64,000 bases of DNA from a virus (taxonomy: Duplodnaviria; Caudoviricetes). Position 1 is the first letter of the stretch, and every line of letters starts with the position of its first letter. A model generated the notes under the pieces. The model searched no databases. It was given only the letters and a program-made list of their open reading frames with translations, and was not told where the DNA came from. Shown piece after piece: positions 39,545-51,638 of this stretch. The DNA lies in the IMG/VR virus record IMGVR_UViG_3300020577_014021; one strand, written 5' to 3'. Made by a program: the position numbers and the translations under genes.

Positions 39545-39916
39545 ATGCGAATTAAAACTAAAATGCCAAGGGATATCAGCCAACTTGCTAAACGAGTGGT
39601 AGATATTTCTACAAGCGAAAATCCAAGAGATAATATTGTTGATATTTATCTTAAAACTTTAAAGAAACTCTTAGAGGCTTTTAAACTTATAAAAGAAATG
39701 AATGAAAAAGAGCGAGCGATATTTACAAATGTAATAGATTTAATAAATATACAAAAGGAAACTGATGATATTTTAAAAACCCTTACAAAATATCGACTCA
39801 TTTTCCAAGATCAGCTTGAAACCGGTTTTACTATGGAAGATTTTAAAAAACTCATTAGAATTGCCGCTGAGCCCGAATCAACCTTTAAACAAGTTAAACC
39901 AAAGAAGAAAAAATGA
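39545..39916 (+). CDS. protein with PRD..QLAK.VVDI.T N-terminus
   Basis: MPRDISQLAKRVVDISTSE resembles the small proteins commonly found beside IS1-type transposases. Confidence 0.5.
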   Translation: MRIKTKMPRDISQLAKRVVDISTSENPRDNIVDIYLKTLKKLLEAFKLIKEMNEKERAIFTNVIDLINIQKETDDILKTLTKYRLIFQDQLETGFTMEDFKKLIRIAAEPESTFKQVKPKKKK

Positions 39917-42900
39917 AAATGGATGTTAACAAATTAGATTCGTCGATGCTTTTTATTTTAAAAAAGCATCGTGGCTTAGAAATAGAAGATATAGAGAAAA
40001 TACAAACACCCGAAGAACTTTTTGATATTTGGTGTGAATGGGGCGAACTTTTAGGTAGCGGTTTTGGCCCAAGAATTACCTTTAAAAGATGCAAGAGCTA
40101 TTGCAAGAGGATAATCATGAATACTTCAGAAGAATATGCCGTTTATGATTGGTATGGTGGATCTAGAGTTATTCAAGCTAATAGTTTTAAAAAAGCCGTA
40201 GAAGAATGGGATAAATTAGGCATATGTAGAGATGAGAATGATGATTTTGATGAAGTCAGCCTAACTCTCATCAATTCAAAAAAAGAAGAAAAACATTTTA
40301 GATTATTTAGATACAAAGAAAAAACTGAAATTTATATGCTTTTAGAAGGCGAACAAAATGATTAGAGATGAACTTATAATAGGCCAAAAATACATCGTAA
40401 GAGATGAGTGCTGGACTAAAGGCGAAATAAAAAGAACATTAGGTATCGCGACTTGTAGTGATTATAGTGCTAAAAATAATATTGTCCAATTTGTTTTTGA
40501 AAGCATACCGGGTCAAAGAGAAATCAGTATGCGAATAATAACATCAAATATTTCCATGGAATGGATTAAATTTGATGAGACGCAATTTTTTAATAGAGAA
40601 GACAAAGGATGAATATGAGTAATGCTGAAATAAAAATGCTGAAAAATTTACAAAACCAAATTAAAGACCTTGTTGAAATTCAAGAACGTATTGAGCAAAT
40701 TCCTGTGGTGTCTGCTACAGAACCTGAAATTAAAAGGCTACAGGCTTTATATGCCGAAAGAAAGCTGAGAGTCTCTGCTAATGAAAATGTTTTTTGGTTT
40801 CGCTATCCACTTTACAAACCAGATTTAGATTATGCTTTAGATGGAACATTTCTCATTTATAATGGGGCACGTATTGGCGGCGTTAAAACAGAGCATTATA
40901 AAGGGCATCCCAATCCAGGGTTCCATGATGATAAACATGTGCTTTATTGGCGTCCAAAACCTGCTTATCCAGTATAGTTTTTAAAAATTAAAATACATAA
41001 CATATATAAAATTATGAAATTTATTATTAAGACTGAATTGGGAGAAGAGAATAAAATTCCCAAAGAAGCTCAAGTAACCGATGTAATATTGTATGATATA
41101 AGATATTTAACTAAAGCACAATGTAACGAAAAATATTTAAAATGGGGCAATCAATGGAAAGACCATGACGAAAAACACGAAGTTATATCAGACAAAGGCA
41201 TAATACGCCGAATACTAGGCACAAAAAAAGAATATGTACTTGAAATCAACACATTGGAAGAAATGATTAAATTGGCTAATGATTATGATGATTTAACCAT
41301 TAGTTCAAGCAATCTATATGAACAATATCCAGTGCTTTACATTGATTATGACTTTAGCCCTTGTTAAAATATATGAAAAATAAAAAAACTATAGATAATA
41401 AACCCATTACAAGAGAAATTATTATAAAATTACAATTCAATTGGGATGATTATTCTGATGTTTGTGATGAACTTATGCTTGAAGATGGTTTAAGCTTAAA
41501 AGAAGGCATAGAATACGAAATTTTACCACCAGTTAAAAAATAATTGTTTTTATTATTGACATCTTTTTAATTTGTGTTATTATCAATTCATAAGTTGATG
41601 GATGAATAATTCAAACATCACTTAATAACGCTGAAATAAGAGAGAAAAAGATGGAATCATTAACTGTTTTTTGCCATTATCTAAATAGAGAAATTGAAAT
41701 TTCTGAATCAAAATTAAATGAAGCAAGTAAATCTTTCAATAAAGACGCTTTTTCATTTTTTCAAGATTCTATTAATTTGATGGAATATGCTGCTAAATTA
41801 AAAGTATGCACAAGAATTTCACAAGTGTTACAGCATGAATCTGTTAATAATGATCTAAACAAAATATATGATTTTTGTTTGCAAGAAACACTAAGGTTAG
41901 CAAAATGGCCTTCCCGTTCTACTTCGCCTACTCAAAATTTAATGCATCAATTAGAAACAGCATCCATTGCAGAGGCTACAGATGAATTAAAAAAAATTAT
42001 TAAGGAACTAATATGAGAAAAGACCACAGAGAAACGTTTAAAATTGATGAAGAATCTTTTAATAAATGGCGCAATGAACATTGGATCAAGTATGCTTCAA
42101 CCAAAAATAGGCATAATTCACTTCAATTCTATGTTAATTTAAATAATACTTATAAAATTGAATGTGACCATGTAATCTGCCATATGAGCAATAATTTTGA
42201 TAAAGCAAAAGAAGAGTGGAACCAGCTTTTAGAGGAATAAAAATGATAACACTTTTAAATGCCTCTTCTATGACTGTTTGCACGAAATGTAAAACAGAAG
42301 TTGAAGAAAAATTACCAATTCAAAATGATGGTTCTGTAATTATAACTTTCAAACCAAAAAATTTTTTATGTAAAAAATGTATTGAACAAGAGATTAAAAA
42401 AAATAATTTATCTTCATTGCTTTTAACAATAATATTATTTTTATTTCTATTGTTATCAATTTATAAAATAATGACTATGAATTAAGGACATTAAAATGTT
42501 AAAAACTAAAAAATTTAAAAAAGAATTTTTACAAGATATTCTTTTTGGTAATCCTACACCATCCTATGTTGACCATAAAATTGTTAGAACTACAGATTGG
42601 TCTATTGTATATAGCATGGTCTTTAGATATAATGATAATTATTATCAAATTGAATATTCTTGCGGTGCTACTGAATTACAAAATCATACGCCTTTTGAAT
42701 ATGCTCCAAACAATATTGAATGCACACACGTAGAACAAAAAGAGGTTATTGTTAAACAATGGGTACCAATTTAATTATGAGCACAGCAACTATAGAATAC
42801 ACTGATGTTGAAGAAGTGATTTGGGCTGATGAAAAACATATTTTAAATATTAAGCTAGAAAAAAGCACAACTAGTGAAATGACGAATATCACAATTAATG

Positions 42901-43570
42901 ATAAACTCATTTTAAGTTTGGCTACTCCAAATATGCGCAAATTAATAGAAAACTTATGCAATTTACTTTATTGTGATGCTGATTTAAGTAAATTTAGTAA
43001 GGCTTAAAAATATGGAAATAGAATTTTTCAAAAAAGATGTGGCTTGTGTTAAATTAACTATTACGCCTACCAGAATTCATGTCAAGGTCCCATTAGACAT
43101 AGATATTGATACACAACGTTATATTAATTTTGTAAATTATGTATACGATATTTGCACCAAAGAACAACCTATCAGTTTTTCTCTAAGGAGTAAAATAAGT
43201 TTATTACATGATAAATTAAGGGTACAATTACAAGGCAACAATGGGAAAACTTATTTCGATGTAATAGAAGTCTAGGATCTAAAATGACAGAAGAGCAAAT
43301 AAAATTAATGATTGACTCAATTAAGTGCCAACAACCGATTTGTGACCCTTATCCTGAGTTATATGGATGGTTAGGCCATCCTAAATGGGATAAAGAAAAA
43401 CATAACCCATGGCGGTGTTATCGTGATGGGTACAATCAAGCTTATAAAGAAATTACTAAGTATTTTCAAAATAAATATGCTGTCAAGGGAATTCATGTTG
43501 ATGTACCACCAGAATTTGAAAAAACTTTTCAAGAAAATTTCTGGGATTTATTGGCTTAAGGTTTTTTATT

Positions 43571-43960
43571 ATGTTATCACAAAAGCACCAGTACAAACTT
43601 AAAACTGAAATACTTGCTTTAGCCAAAGACCATATGGTTGAAGACTGGGATAGTGATGGGGCTTTACCTATATCATTAGACGTACTTTATTACGCCTATG
43701 AAGCAGTTAATTTATTACCATCTTGTATTATTTTACCAAGCATTACACCAGAAATTGACGGAACAATTAGTTTTGATTGGAATGAAGGAAAAGGGCATTT
43801 ATTGAGTTGTGGTATCATAGATGACAATAAAGTAGTTTTTGTTGGAATATTAGATGGTAAAAAAATAGATTTTATCACTTATAATTCAACAGATTTAGCT
43901 AAAGAATTTAGAACTATTTTATTAGAACATTTTATGGAGCCTAATTATGTCGTGGATTGA
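43571..43960 (+). CDS. hypothetical protein (WD..GA.PI family)
   Basis: DWDSDGALPIS..P.I.P..DG.I.FDW. Confidence 0.55.
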   Translation: MLSQKHQYKLKTEILALAKDHMVEDWDSDGALPISLDVLYYAYEAVNLLPSCIILPSITPEIDGTISFDWNEGKGHLLSCGIIDDNKVVFVGILDGKKIDFITYNSTDLAKEFRTILLEHFMEPNYVVD

Positions 43961-44474
43961 TTATTATAAAGAACAACCCGCCTTGTATCCGTACAATAAT
44001 GATTCTAAAAATCCTGATTCACTTTATCGCAGTGATGAAGTAATTGTAAGTTATCAATATAATAAAAAATGGTTGGTTACTACAAGTTTTATTTTAAAAT
44101 ATCCTAATGTAAGCTATTTGTCATGGGTCAATCCTGATATACAAAATAATGTTTTTTGGCAATATAAACCTGAAATTCCTTTAAATGAAATTTTAAATAA
44201 TCAGCCAAAAATATCAGGATGGCATTGGGGTTCAGAACAATTACCAAAATTATTTTCTCATGATACAAAAAAAGATCCCAATGGAAAAATTTATGGTTTC
44301 AAAAGCAAAATCGTTATAACGGTTTGTAAACATGAAGATAAATATTTTACACGAGGCAACATGCTAATGACAACTCGTGACAATGACGAGCCTCAATGGA
44401 TATATTTTGAAAAAAATGATATTATTCTTTGGCAACCTTTACCTGAACCAATGAAAGCACAAAATCATGTTTGA
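43947..44474 (+). CDS. DUF551-like protein
   Basis: W....EQ(L)P ... WQ.(L/K)PE.P occurring twice. Confidence 0.5.
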   Translation: MSWIDYYKEQPALYPYNNDSKNPDSLYRSDEVIVSYQYNKKWLVTTSFILKYPNVSYLSWVNPDIQNNVFWQYKPEIPLNEILNNQPKISGWHWGSEQLPKLFSHDTKKDPNGKIYGFKSKIVITVCKHEDKYFTRGNMLMTTRDNDEPQWIYFEKNDIILWQPLPEPMKAQNHV

Positions 44475-45084
44475 AATTATTGAAGCCTTAGAAAAACTAG
44501 GGCAAACTCTTTATTCTGCAATAGGATATTCTCAAAAAAAACCTATAGACTTGCGTGTAGACACAACAATTTATAACAAACTTCTAACATATTTTCATAA
44601 CAATAAAAAACAAGTTCGTATCAATTGGAGTCCATTAAGTCCTAATATGTTGGTTATCAAAACTTTATTCGGCATCTTTATTATACACAAAGAACAAAGC
44701 GTAATCATTACAGAAAAAGGAGAATATAATTGTTGCTATACTTGTGATAATAGTGGCAATAAATGTGAAAAACAACCATCAGAAGACAGTTTAGATGCGT
44801 TTAAATATTTATGTGGAAATCTTCCTATGTCTATAAATCAAATGAAATATGAAGATGGTTTTACTTTAGGTTCCCCTCCAAATTCAATTCAAGTACAGAA
44901 AAACTGTGTTTCGTGTTTATCTGGTCAAGAAGGCGGTAGGTGTGAATGTCCAACATTAATAGAAGGCGAAATACATCCAAGCGATTATAAAGCACATGGT
45001 CTTTGTCCAAAGTGTGGTCACCGTGGTGAGTTTATAGCCATGGCTCTTTGTTGTCCAACCCATGGTATGTTTGGAGGCTGTTAA
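44467..45084 (+). CDS. Cys-rich hypothetical protein with C-terminal Zn ribbon
   Basis: CPKCGHRGEFIAMALCCPTHG. Confidence 0.6.
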   Translation: MFEIIEALEKLGQTLYSAIGYSQKKPIDLRVDTTIYNKLLTYFHNNKKQVRINWSPLSPNMLVIKTLFGIFIIHKEQSVIITEKGEYNCCYTCDNSGNKCEKQPSEDSLDAFKYLCGNLPMSINQMKYEDGFTLGSPPNSIQVQKNCVSCLSGQEGGRCECPTLIEGEIHPSDYKAHGLCPKCGHRGEFIAMALCCPTHGMFGGC

Positions 45085-45335
45085 GATGGGAGGACGCGCT
45101 CTTAAATTCAAAATACTACATGATGGAGATGAACAAGAATTTTATGCATATGGTATGATCCATGCTGCTGAGAAGTGGGCAGAATGGTTTAATGAGCAAG
45201 AAAATTATTGTTTTGATTCTGACGAAGATTATTATGAAGAAATTGAAATAATTGCGCCTGATGGTGAGCGGAAAAAATTTAAAGTTAGTGCTTATATCAC
45301 AATAAATTATCGTGTTAAGGAAATAAAATAAGTTT

Positions 45336-45416
45336 GGGCTGGTAGCTTAATGATATTACGGTAGAGCGCGGGGCTAATCACCTCGTATGATGTGGGTTCG
45401 AATCCCGCCCAGTCCA
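45336..45416 (+). tRNA. tRNA-Ile(AAT), atypical
   Basis: Full cloverleaf; anticodon loop CT-AAT-CA; 15-nt D loop; GGTTCGAATCC T arm. Confidence 0.7.
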
Positions 45417-46280
45417 TTTTAGTTTTTTTAAAATTATTTATGAAAAAAATATTTGAAACTCCACATGGTATTATTTACGCAAAACGTACTTCTGGTGGTG
45501 GCTTACAATATTTTGATGATACATGTGGTATAATAGCATCTATTATAGATATGACCGTGGTTAATCGACAACATTTAAAAATGATTCTTGATAATCATGC
45601 CGAAATAGAAACATATTTTGATAGATTACCAGACGTATAGCAGTTTACTTTAAACGCTGAAATTAATGGAGAGATAAAAATGACTGTTGAAATCGTTCGT
45701 AAGCCTACCATTGGTGTAAAATTATCTATTGGACCAACTTATATCACCTTAAAAGTACCTGATGATTGGATAATTAATGAAACCAGGTATATTGCTTTTG
45801 CTAAATATGCTGCTGAAATGTGTGATAGACGTTTCACAATACACGGCACAATCTATTACGAGAATAGACGCTTACAAGTAATTTTAAGACACAGAAAAAA
45901 AGCAAATTTTGCTTATTTAATTAAAGAACTAAATCCAAATAACGTCCAAATCAACAAAAATGTTTAGGAATATTCTATGCAAGAAATTAAATTAGTGTGT
46001 TGGCATTGCGATGTAGAAAAAAATATTAATGTTGAATGGTTACCTGAATCAGCAATAGAATTAGCTGGATTAGCAGTAAAAAATGATATGGTAGCTATGA
46101 TGGACGATAGATATCGCAGAGTACTCATATTTTGTAATCGTGAACATGCTGATAAACAACTCTTAAAAAATGGATTTTATCCAAAAAAAGCTAGAAAAGA
46201 AAAAGTTTTATAGTTGACATGTCATAAAATTATGGTAAGATTTGATTTCAATGAACGCGATAATTTAAAGGAGATATTTT

Positions 46281-46721
46281 ATGACTCAAGTATTAAAAGC
46301 TGGTAAATATTTAATAGGTGACCCATGTTATTTTTATGATAGACAACATTGGTCTGAGTTTTGTGATAGAATCAATATAAATCCTCATGAAAATTATGGT
46401 TCATTTATTAAAGATCAAAACGATAATCAATTTTGGTATATGTCTACCGCAAATGGTGATGGCGCATATCCATTATATAAAAATGACATAGAAATAGCAG
46501 AATTAGGCGTTGACTCAGGTTTATTGGCTATTATACCTTTAGAAATAGCACAACAATGGCCAAATTATGAAAATAATAAAAAATTTGGCCATATAATTAA
46601 AATTGAAAAAGATTGCGAAATTATAAATCGCAATGGCAATGCGTATTTTGCAGATTATGAACTCATATCTGAAGATGATGATGATGTTTCAGATAATGAT
46701 GAATGGCCAGAGGAAGATTGA
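46281..46721 (+). CDS. conserved phage protein (IGDPCY family)
   Basis: Y.IGDPCY..TA.GDG.Y..VDSG...IIP. Confidence 0.65.
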   Translation: MTQVLKAGKYLIGDPCYFYDRQHWSEFCDRININPHENYGSFIKDQNDNQFWYMSTANGDGAYPLYKNDIEIAELGVDSGLLAIIPLEIAQQWPNYENNKKFGHIIKIEKDCEIINRNGNAYFADYELISEDDDDVSDNDEWPEED

Positions 46722-46724
46722 TTT

Positions 46725-47048
46725 ATGAGCCTAGATTTAGATTTATACTGCAAACACTGCAATCAATCCGTTAAATCTTTTAACATCACGCATAATCTTA
46801 ATAAAATGGCCATGGAAGTTGGTATGTATGAAGCCATGTGGCGACCAGAGGAATTAAACTATAATAAAATAATCATCAAAGAAAAACTTAAAAATGGTAT
46901 TATGCAACTTTTAGATAATCCAGTTAAATTTAAAAAAATGAATCCGGAAAACGGTTGGGGTACATATGAAGGATTATTAAAAGTTGCTACAGGATATCTT
47001 GAAGCCTTAAATGAACATCCTGAATGTGAGATAAGGGCAGACAGGTAA
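46725..47048 (+). CDS. conserved phage protein (NITHNL family)
   Basis: MSLD..NITHNL.KMA..NP.NGWG.YEG. Confidence 0.65.
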   Translation: MSLDLDLYCKHCNQSVKSFNITHNLNKMAMEVGMYEAMWRPEELNYNKIIIKEKLKNGIMQLLDNPVKFKKMNPENGWGTYEGLLKVATGYLEALNEHPECEIRADR

Positions 47049-47054
47049 CTTTGC

Positions 47055-47127
47055 GCTAGTGTAGCTCAATTGGTAGAGCACCGGTTTTGTAAACCGGTGG
47101 TTGTAGGTTCAAGTCCTATCACTAGCT
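47055..47127 (+). tRNA. tRNA-Thr(TGT)
   Basis: Canonical cloverleaf; loop TT-TGT-AA. Confidence 0.95.
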
Positions 47128-48062
47128 TTAGGAGCAATTTATGAGCATGAATTTAGAATGCGATCAATGTGACTTAATACAAACACCTACACAAGTAACT
47201 TATGAATGCTTTTTTGGTAAAACACAACCATGGAAAAAGAAATTAACTAATGAACAAATTAGAGATAATTACATTGCTTGGATAAAAGAAGTTTATAAAA
47301 ATGACAGTAAAGAAAATAAAGAATGGTTAGGAAGTCACATTAATAGACTTATGAATGTAAAAAGACCTCGTTTTCACATTGTATAAAGGAATAAAATGGC
47401 TAAACCATTAATTAAACCACCTATTCAAGAACTTCTCGTAGAGGGGCACAACTATTTGCTAAAAATTACCGGTGTTCGTGATGAATGGGTCAAACATTCT
47501 GTGGTTACCTACCGTGTTAGTTACCATGTCACTGGTAAGCCAGATAAACGATTTGATATGCAACAAAATGATATACGTCTAAATATTGAAAATCTTTTAG
47601 CTGATCCAACTATTAAAAAAGTTGAATGGATTAGAATTAACAATAAAATATTTTTTGACCAAGTTAAAGATTTATGTGTAAAAAGCAAAAAAGACAATAA
47701 TCATGCCATTCTCACCTCATAAAAAAACAAAAAATTAACTGTATCACATTCTATTTCTAAAAAATCTCACCATTATAACTAGAATAACATGTTTTATCTT
47801 TAATTAAAAAACATGGCACACAAAAAAACTCATGGTAAATTTTATGCATGAAAACTGTGGGCCAATACAAAAACATGATAATTGGTTTAAAAAACAATCA
47901 GCTTTACCATAAAACAAAAGAGCAAGAAAAATGGACTATTATCATACCTTGGATACCAGCAAATCAAGATAATGAATCTTTAGTGTATCATTATATTTTG
48001 TTCCGTGAAATAATAGACATTAATCTGTCTAACAAACTCATATAATAATACTGGAGGCTACT

Positions 48063-48365
48063 ATGTTATCTAAAAAAGAATTGGTTATGCTGTGTTTTTT
48101 TGATGTATTGCAATCACTTATGCTTTGTGCTGTTTTATCCAAACTATGGCAATGGTTCTTTGTTCCTACCTTTGGACTACCATTCATTTCTATTCCTGTG
48201 TTCTTTGGTATACGTTTATTTACCATTATACTTTTAGGTAAAAAATTTAATAGACTTGAAAGTAACGAAATTAAATTTCAAAAGGAAATAGAAATCATTG
48301 GCTCTAACATCTGTAGATACACTCTAATGATTTTTTTAGGAAGAGTTGCTTTTGCTTTAAGCTAA
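48063..48365 (+). CDS. membrane protein
   Basis: LW.WF.VP.FGLP.I pattern; hydrophobic. Confidence 0.55.
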   Translation: MLSKKELVMLCFFDVLQSLMLCAVLSKLWQWFFVPTFGLPFISIPVFFGIRLFTIILLGKKFNRLESNEIKFQKEIEIIGSNICRYTLMIFLGRVAFALS

Positions 48366-48653
48366 TAAATCTTCTTGACATTATAATCTTATAAGTGTTA
48401 TAATATTTATAAGATGTTTAAACGATGAATAAGGAGATAATTTATGCATGAAAACGATACCACAAAACGTACAGAAACCATTAAACACTTATCAGTTAGA
48501 TTGCGTACTATTATTAGTCTTATTGACCAATTAGAAGAAACTGATATAATGGAAGTAGTAAATTTCTATTGCCAATTTTGCGGAAAAAAAGTAATGAGTA
48601 ATCGTTGCATTCACAATGAATCTGAAATATAAATATTTTATCTTACGTAGTTA

Positions 48654-48881
48654 TTGACGACTCTATATAGTTCAATTAATTCTTTAGAAATAATCTTTAT
48701 GAATATGGACATTACAGATTCCACATTTTCTTTTTCAGAATATTGTAAAGAAGAGCCGAAACAAAAAGATGAAAAAGAAAATGTGAAGATCCCTGAAGGT
48801 TGTCCTAAATGTGGTGATAGAGGTGAATTCATTCGTATGGCTTTATGTTGTCCAAGACATGGAATGTTTGCAGGTTGTTAG
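48654..48881 (+). CDS. Zn-ribbon protein
   Basis: CPKCGDRGEFIRMALCCPRHG; true start may be internal. Confidence 0.55.
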   Translation: MTTLYSSINSLEIIFMNMDITDSTFSFSEYCKEEPKQKDEKENVKIPEGCPKCGDRGEFIRMALCCPRHGMFAGC

Positions 48882-49205
48882 ATTTTTACAGCTGAAATAA
48901 GAAAGGATAAATATTATGTTAGATAAATTATTAAATTGGGAAGAATGGGATGAAGTGGGACCATGGGGTATGCAATTATATAAAGCAACCCTGAAACAAG
49001 ACATAGGTCCATTCAAAGCAGAAGAAAAATTTCATTTGGTTTATTTTGATTTTGAAGGCGGATTATTGCAATTTTTTAAAAATGAAGGCGATGAAGACGG
49101 TCCCATTGTAAATCTAAAACTTGTCGAAGAAAAATAACATTGGTACCTTGACATCATATAACATCTATAATAGATAAAAGTCATATAAAACAAAAAGAGG
49201 GTTTT

Positions 49206-49748
49206 ATGGAACTTACATTATTATCATCTGATGTTTCAAATAATCAACTTCCTATTTACTTTATTCCACCAAATTGGTACAAAAACCTTTGTAATAATTT
49301 ACTACAAAATTTATATTTAAAAGACCAAGAATACTTTGATGAACAGCTTGAAAATATAAATTTGTTTGCAGTAGATTTTGATACCACTAAGAAAGAATTT
49401 ATTGTTCATATTTTAATTAGCCTAAGAAATACATTAAATCCATATAAACAAGAAAATATTGTAAGCCTCTTGGAATATGCCATTTTTTTATTTGCTACTA
49501 ATAGACCAAAAGACAGTTTAAGAAATTTGTGTCAAAAACATTATCATGCTAAAAACAATAATGATATTGACAACATCACCATATTTAGCATTTTATCGAC
49601 CATCATGTTGCTAATTGAAGACAAAATATTTTCCGCAATTATGTGTTCATTAAGTGCGTATGTCTGCCAATTTCCATCAGAAGAAAAACATGTCTATAAT
49701 GTTTTTGCTACAAAGCTGTTAAACCTTATTGAGAAAAACGAAAGATAA
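49206..49748 (+). CDS. hypothetical protein
   Basis: GAGG RBS; promoter at 49148. Confidence 0.55.
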   Translation: MELTLLSSDVSNNQLPIYFIPPNWYKNLCNNLLQNLYLKDQEYFDEQLENINLFAVDFDTTKKEFIVHILISLRNTLNPYKQENIVSLLEYAIFLFATNRPKDSLRNLCQKHYHAKNNNDIDNITIFSILSTIMLLIEDKIFSAIMCSLSAYVCQFPSEEKHVYNVFATKLLNLIEKNER

Positions 49749-49759
49749 AAGGAGGAGTT

Positions 49760-50023
49760 ATGTTAAATGCATGTATGAATAGTATGGTCAATTTAGATTT
49801 TTTTGCAAATATTGTTAAAAGCAGTAAAACTATGGAAGAAGCATTTAAATATGTTTCTCAAATTAAAGACGTACCATCTGAGATTGCTTGGAAATTTAAA
49901 GAAAAATATGACCCTACTAATATTTTATCGCCACGTTTAGCTTTTATGCGTTTTTATAAAGATGTTAAAAAGAATTCTTATGGAGTTGAAGTACCATATA
50001 GCATTGAAGATATTGATGATTAA
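49760..50023 (+). CDS. hypothetical protein
   Basis: AGGAGG RBS. Confidence 0.55.
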   Translation: MLNACMNSMVNLDFFANIVKSSKTMEEAFKYVSQIKDVPSEIAWKFKEKYDPTNILSPRLAFMRFYKDVKKNSYGVEVPYSIEDIDD

Positions 50024-50025
50024 TT

Positions 50026-50652
50026 TTATAATCTCAATTTCACTAACAAATTATGCAACATTTCTTGATCAATTGATTCTGGCAAATCACTTTTATCAAA
50101 TTTTACCTTAATTTCCTGAACAAAATTTTCTGCAACTTTCAATATCTCATCAAAATTTTCTACTCCATTTCTAATATCTAACAAATGTTTTCTCATTCCG
50201 CCTACATACGTATTAATTTCACGATTCGTAACAATATCGTTTGCTGAATATAATAAACGATAAACGTGCATCAAATTTTTGGTATTTTTATTATTCTTAG
50301 CTTTTTCTAATTGATGGTAAACATATCCCACAAAAGAATTTTTACAAGCTTTAGTTAAAAAATCTATACGATATCGCTTAAGCTCCTCAAAAGCATCGCT
50401 GGTCTGGACAACCATATTATCAGGCAACCAAAGCATTTCTAAGATCGTTGGATTAGATTTCCCAATGAGTTCTATAAACTTTCTAAGCTCATAATAAACT
50501 TCATCCTTAGAAACATCAATGCGTTCTTTATATTTAAAACCCAGTATATCCTCTAACGGTTGTTGATACACACCTTTTATATCAATATCTGATTCTTCAG
50601 TGTTTAAACCATATGCCGTACTACCCACAATACCTTTAAAAATAATGTTCAT
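50026..50652 (-). CDS. DNA polymerase beta-superfamily nucleotidyltransferase (YcgL/RlaP-like)
   Basis: GS.AYG....SDID.KGV; ELRKF..L..K.NP.ILE; K.L.H..RLL. Confidence 0.85.
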   Translation of the reverse strand: MNIIFKGIVGSTAYGLNTEESDIDIKGVYQQPLEDILGFKYKERIDVSKDEVYYELRKFIELIGKSNPTILEMLWLPDNMVVQTSDAFEELKRYRIDFLTKACKNSFVGYVYHQLEKAKNNKNTKNLMHVYRLLYSANDIVTNREINTYVGGMRKHLLDIRNGVENFDEILKVAENFVQEIKVKFDKSDLPESIDQEMLHNLLVKLRL

Positions 50653-50739
50653 AAACTTAATCTCACATGTAAGACATTTGAATACATAAACTTACCTACC
50701 ATTTAATCTTAAATACAACAAAATAAAACGGGGGCAGCA

Positions 50740-51528
50740 ATGACTAACATTATAGTTATTGACAAGAATAATCCTAATTTCCCAAAAGAACTTACAGATC
50801 CATTAAACAATACAGAACCTATACCATTTCCTGTTCCACCCAGATCGGAAGAACCTAGGGTGTTTGTGTTGTCTATTGGAGTCAATAATTCCAATCCTGA
50901 GGCACCACTTTATTATGCTGATAAAGATGCCCAAGATTTTTCTGACAATATCATCAAAAAATATCCAAAGCAACAGATACACAGTTTGGTATTGAAAAAT
51001 GCACAAGCTAACAATAGAAGCATACAAGCTGCCTTTAGATGGTTAGAAGAATCCACCAATAAAAGAGATGAAGTATTTGTGCTTTTTTCTGGCCATGGTG
51101 TTGTTGATTATCGTACTCAACGTTATTATTATTTATCTTATGAACCATTAGGCCGTGTTACGAATCAAAATTTAATTTCTGATGTATGGATTGGTAATTT
51201 AATTAGCCATATCTCAGGCAATTTAAAACTCTTTTTAGACACCTGTTATAGCAATAACTTTAATGATTATTTATTTGTACATATACCTATAATGAGAGCT
51301 AAGAATTTTTCTTCATTTGCATCATCTTTATCCTGGTATCCTTCTTATGAAGACATGAGAACAAAGAACGGTTATTTCACAGCAACTTTATTAGAAGTTC
51401 TAAACGATACTTTGCAAATAAAAGAAAATGGCCTTGACATTTCTCAGAAAATATCTTTTCGTTTAAGCCAAATAATGCCCATATCAAGTCATGGCTTACA
51501 ACAATCAAGTTCACTACACTATTTTTAA
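50740..51528 (+). CDS. caspase-family (peptidase C14) protease
   Basis: IGVN..L.YA..DA; catalytic FSGHG and LDTCYS; NG.FT..LLE.L. Confidence 0.88.
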   Translation: MTNIIVIDKNNPNFPKELTDPLNNTEPIPFPVPPRSEEPRVFVLSIGVNNSNPEAPLYYADKDAQDFSDNIIKKYPKQQIHSLVLKNAQANNRSIQAAFRWLEESTNKRDEVFVLFSGHGVVDYRTQRYYYLSYEPLGRVTNQNLISDVWIGNLISHISGNLKLFLDTCYSNNFNDYLFVHIPIMRAKNFSSFASSLSWYPSYEDMRTKNGYFTATLLEVLNDTLQIKENGLDISQKISFRLSQIMPISSHGLQQSSSLHYF

Positions 51529-51638
51529 TTGAGGATATTAAAACATGATATGCTTAAATAACTGCATATATATTTTTTTTTAAAATGTTATAATAGTCTT
51601 GCATCATTATTTTTATTTTGCTAGGTATTGATAAGTTT

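Larger units (their letters stand above)
37395..49137 (+). other. dense array of about 35 small co-oriented phage ORFs
   Basis: Abutting ORFs of 60-205 aa with RBSs, grouped behind repeated promoters; mostly no recognisable family. Confidence 0.75.
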
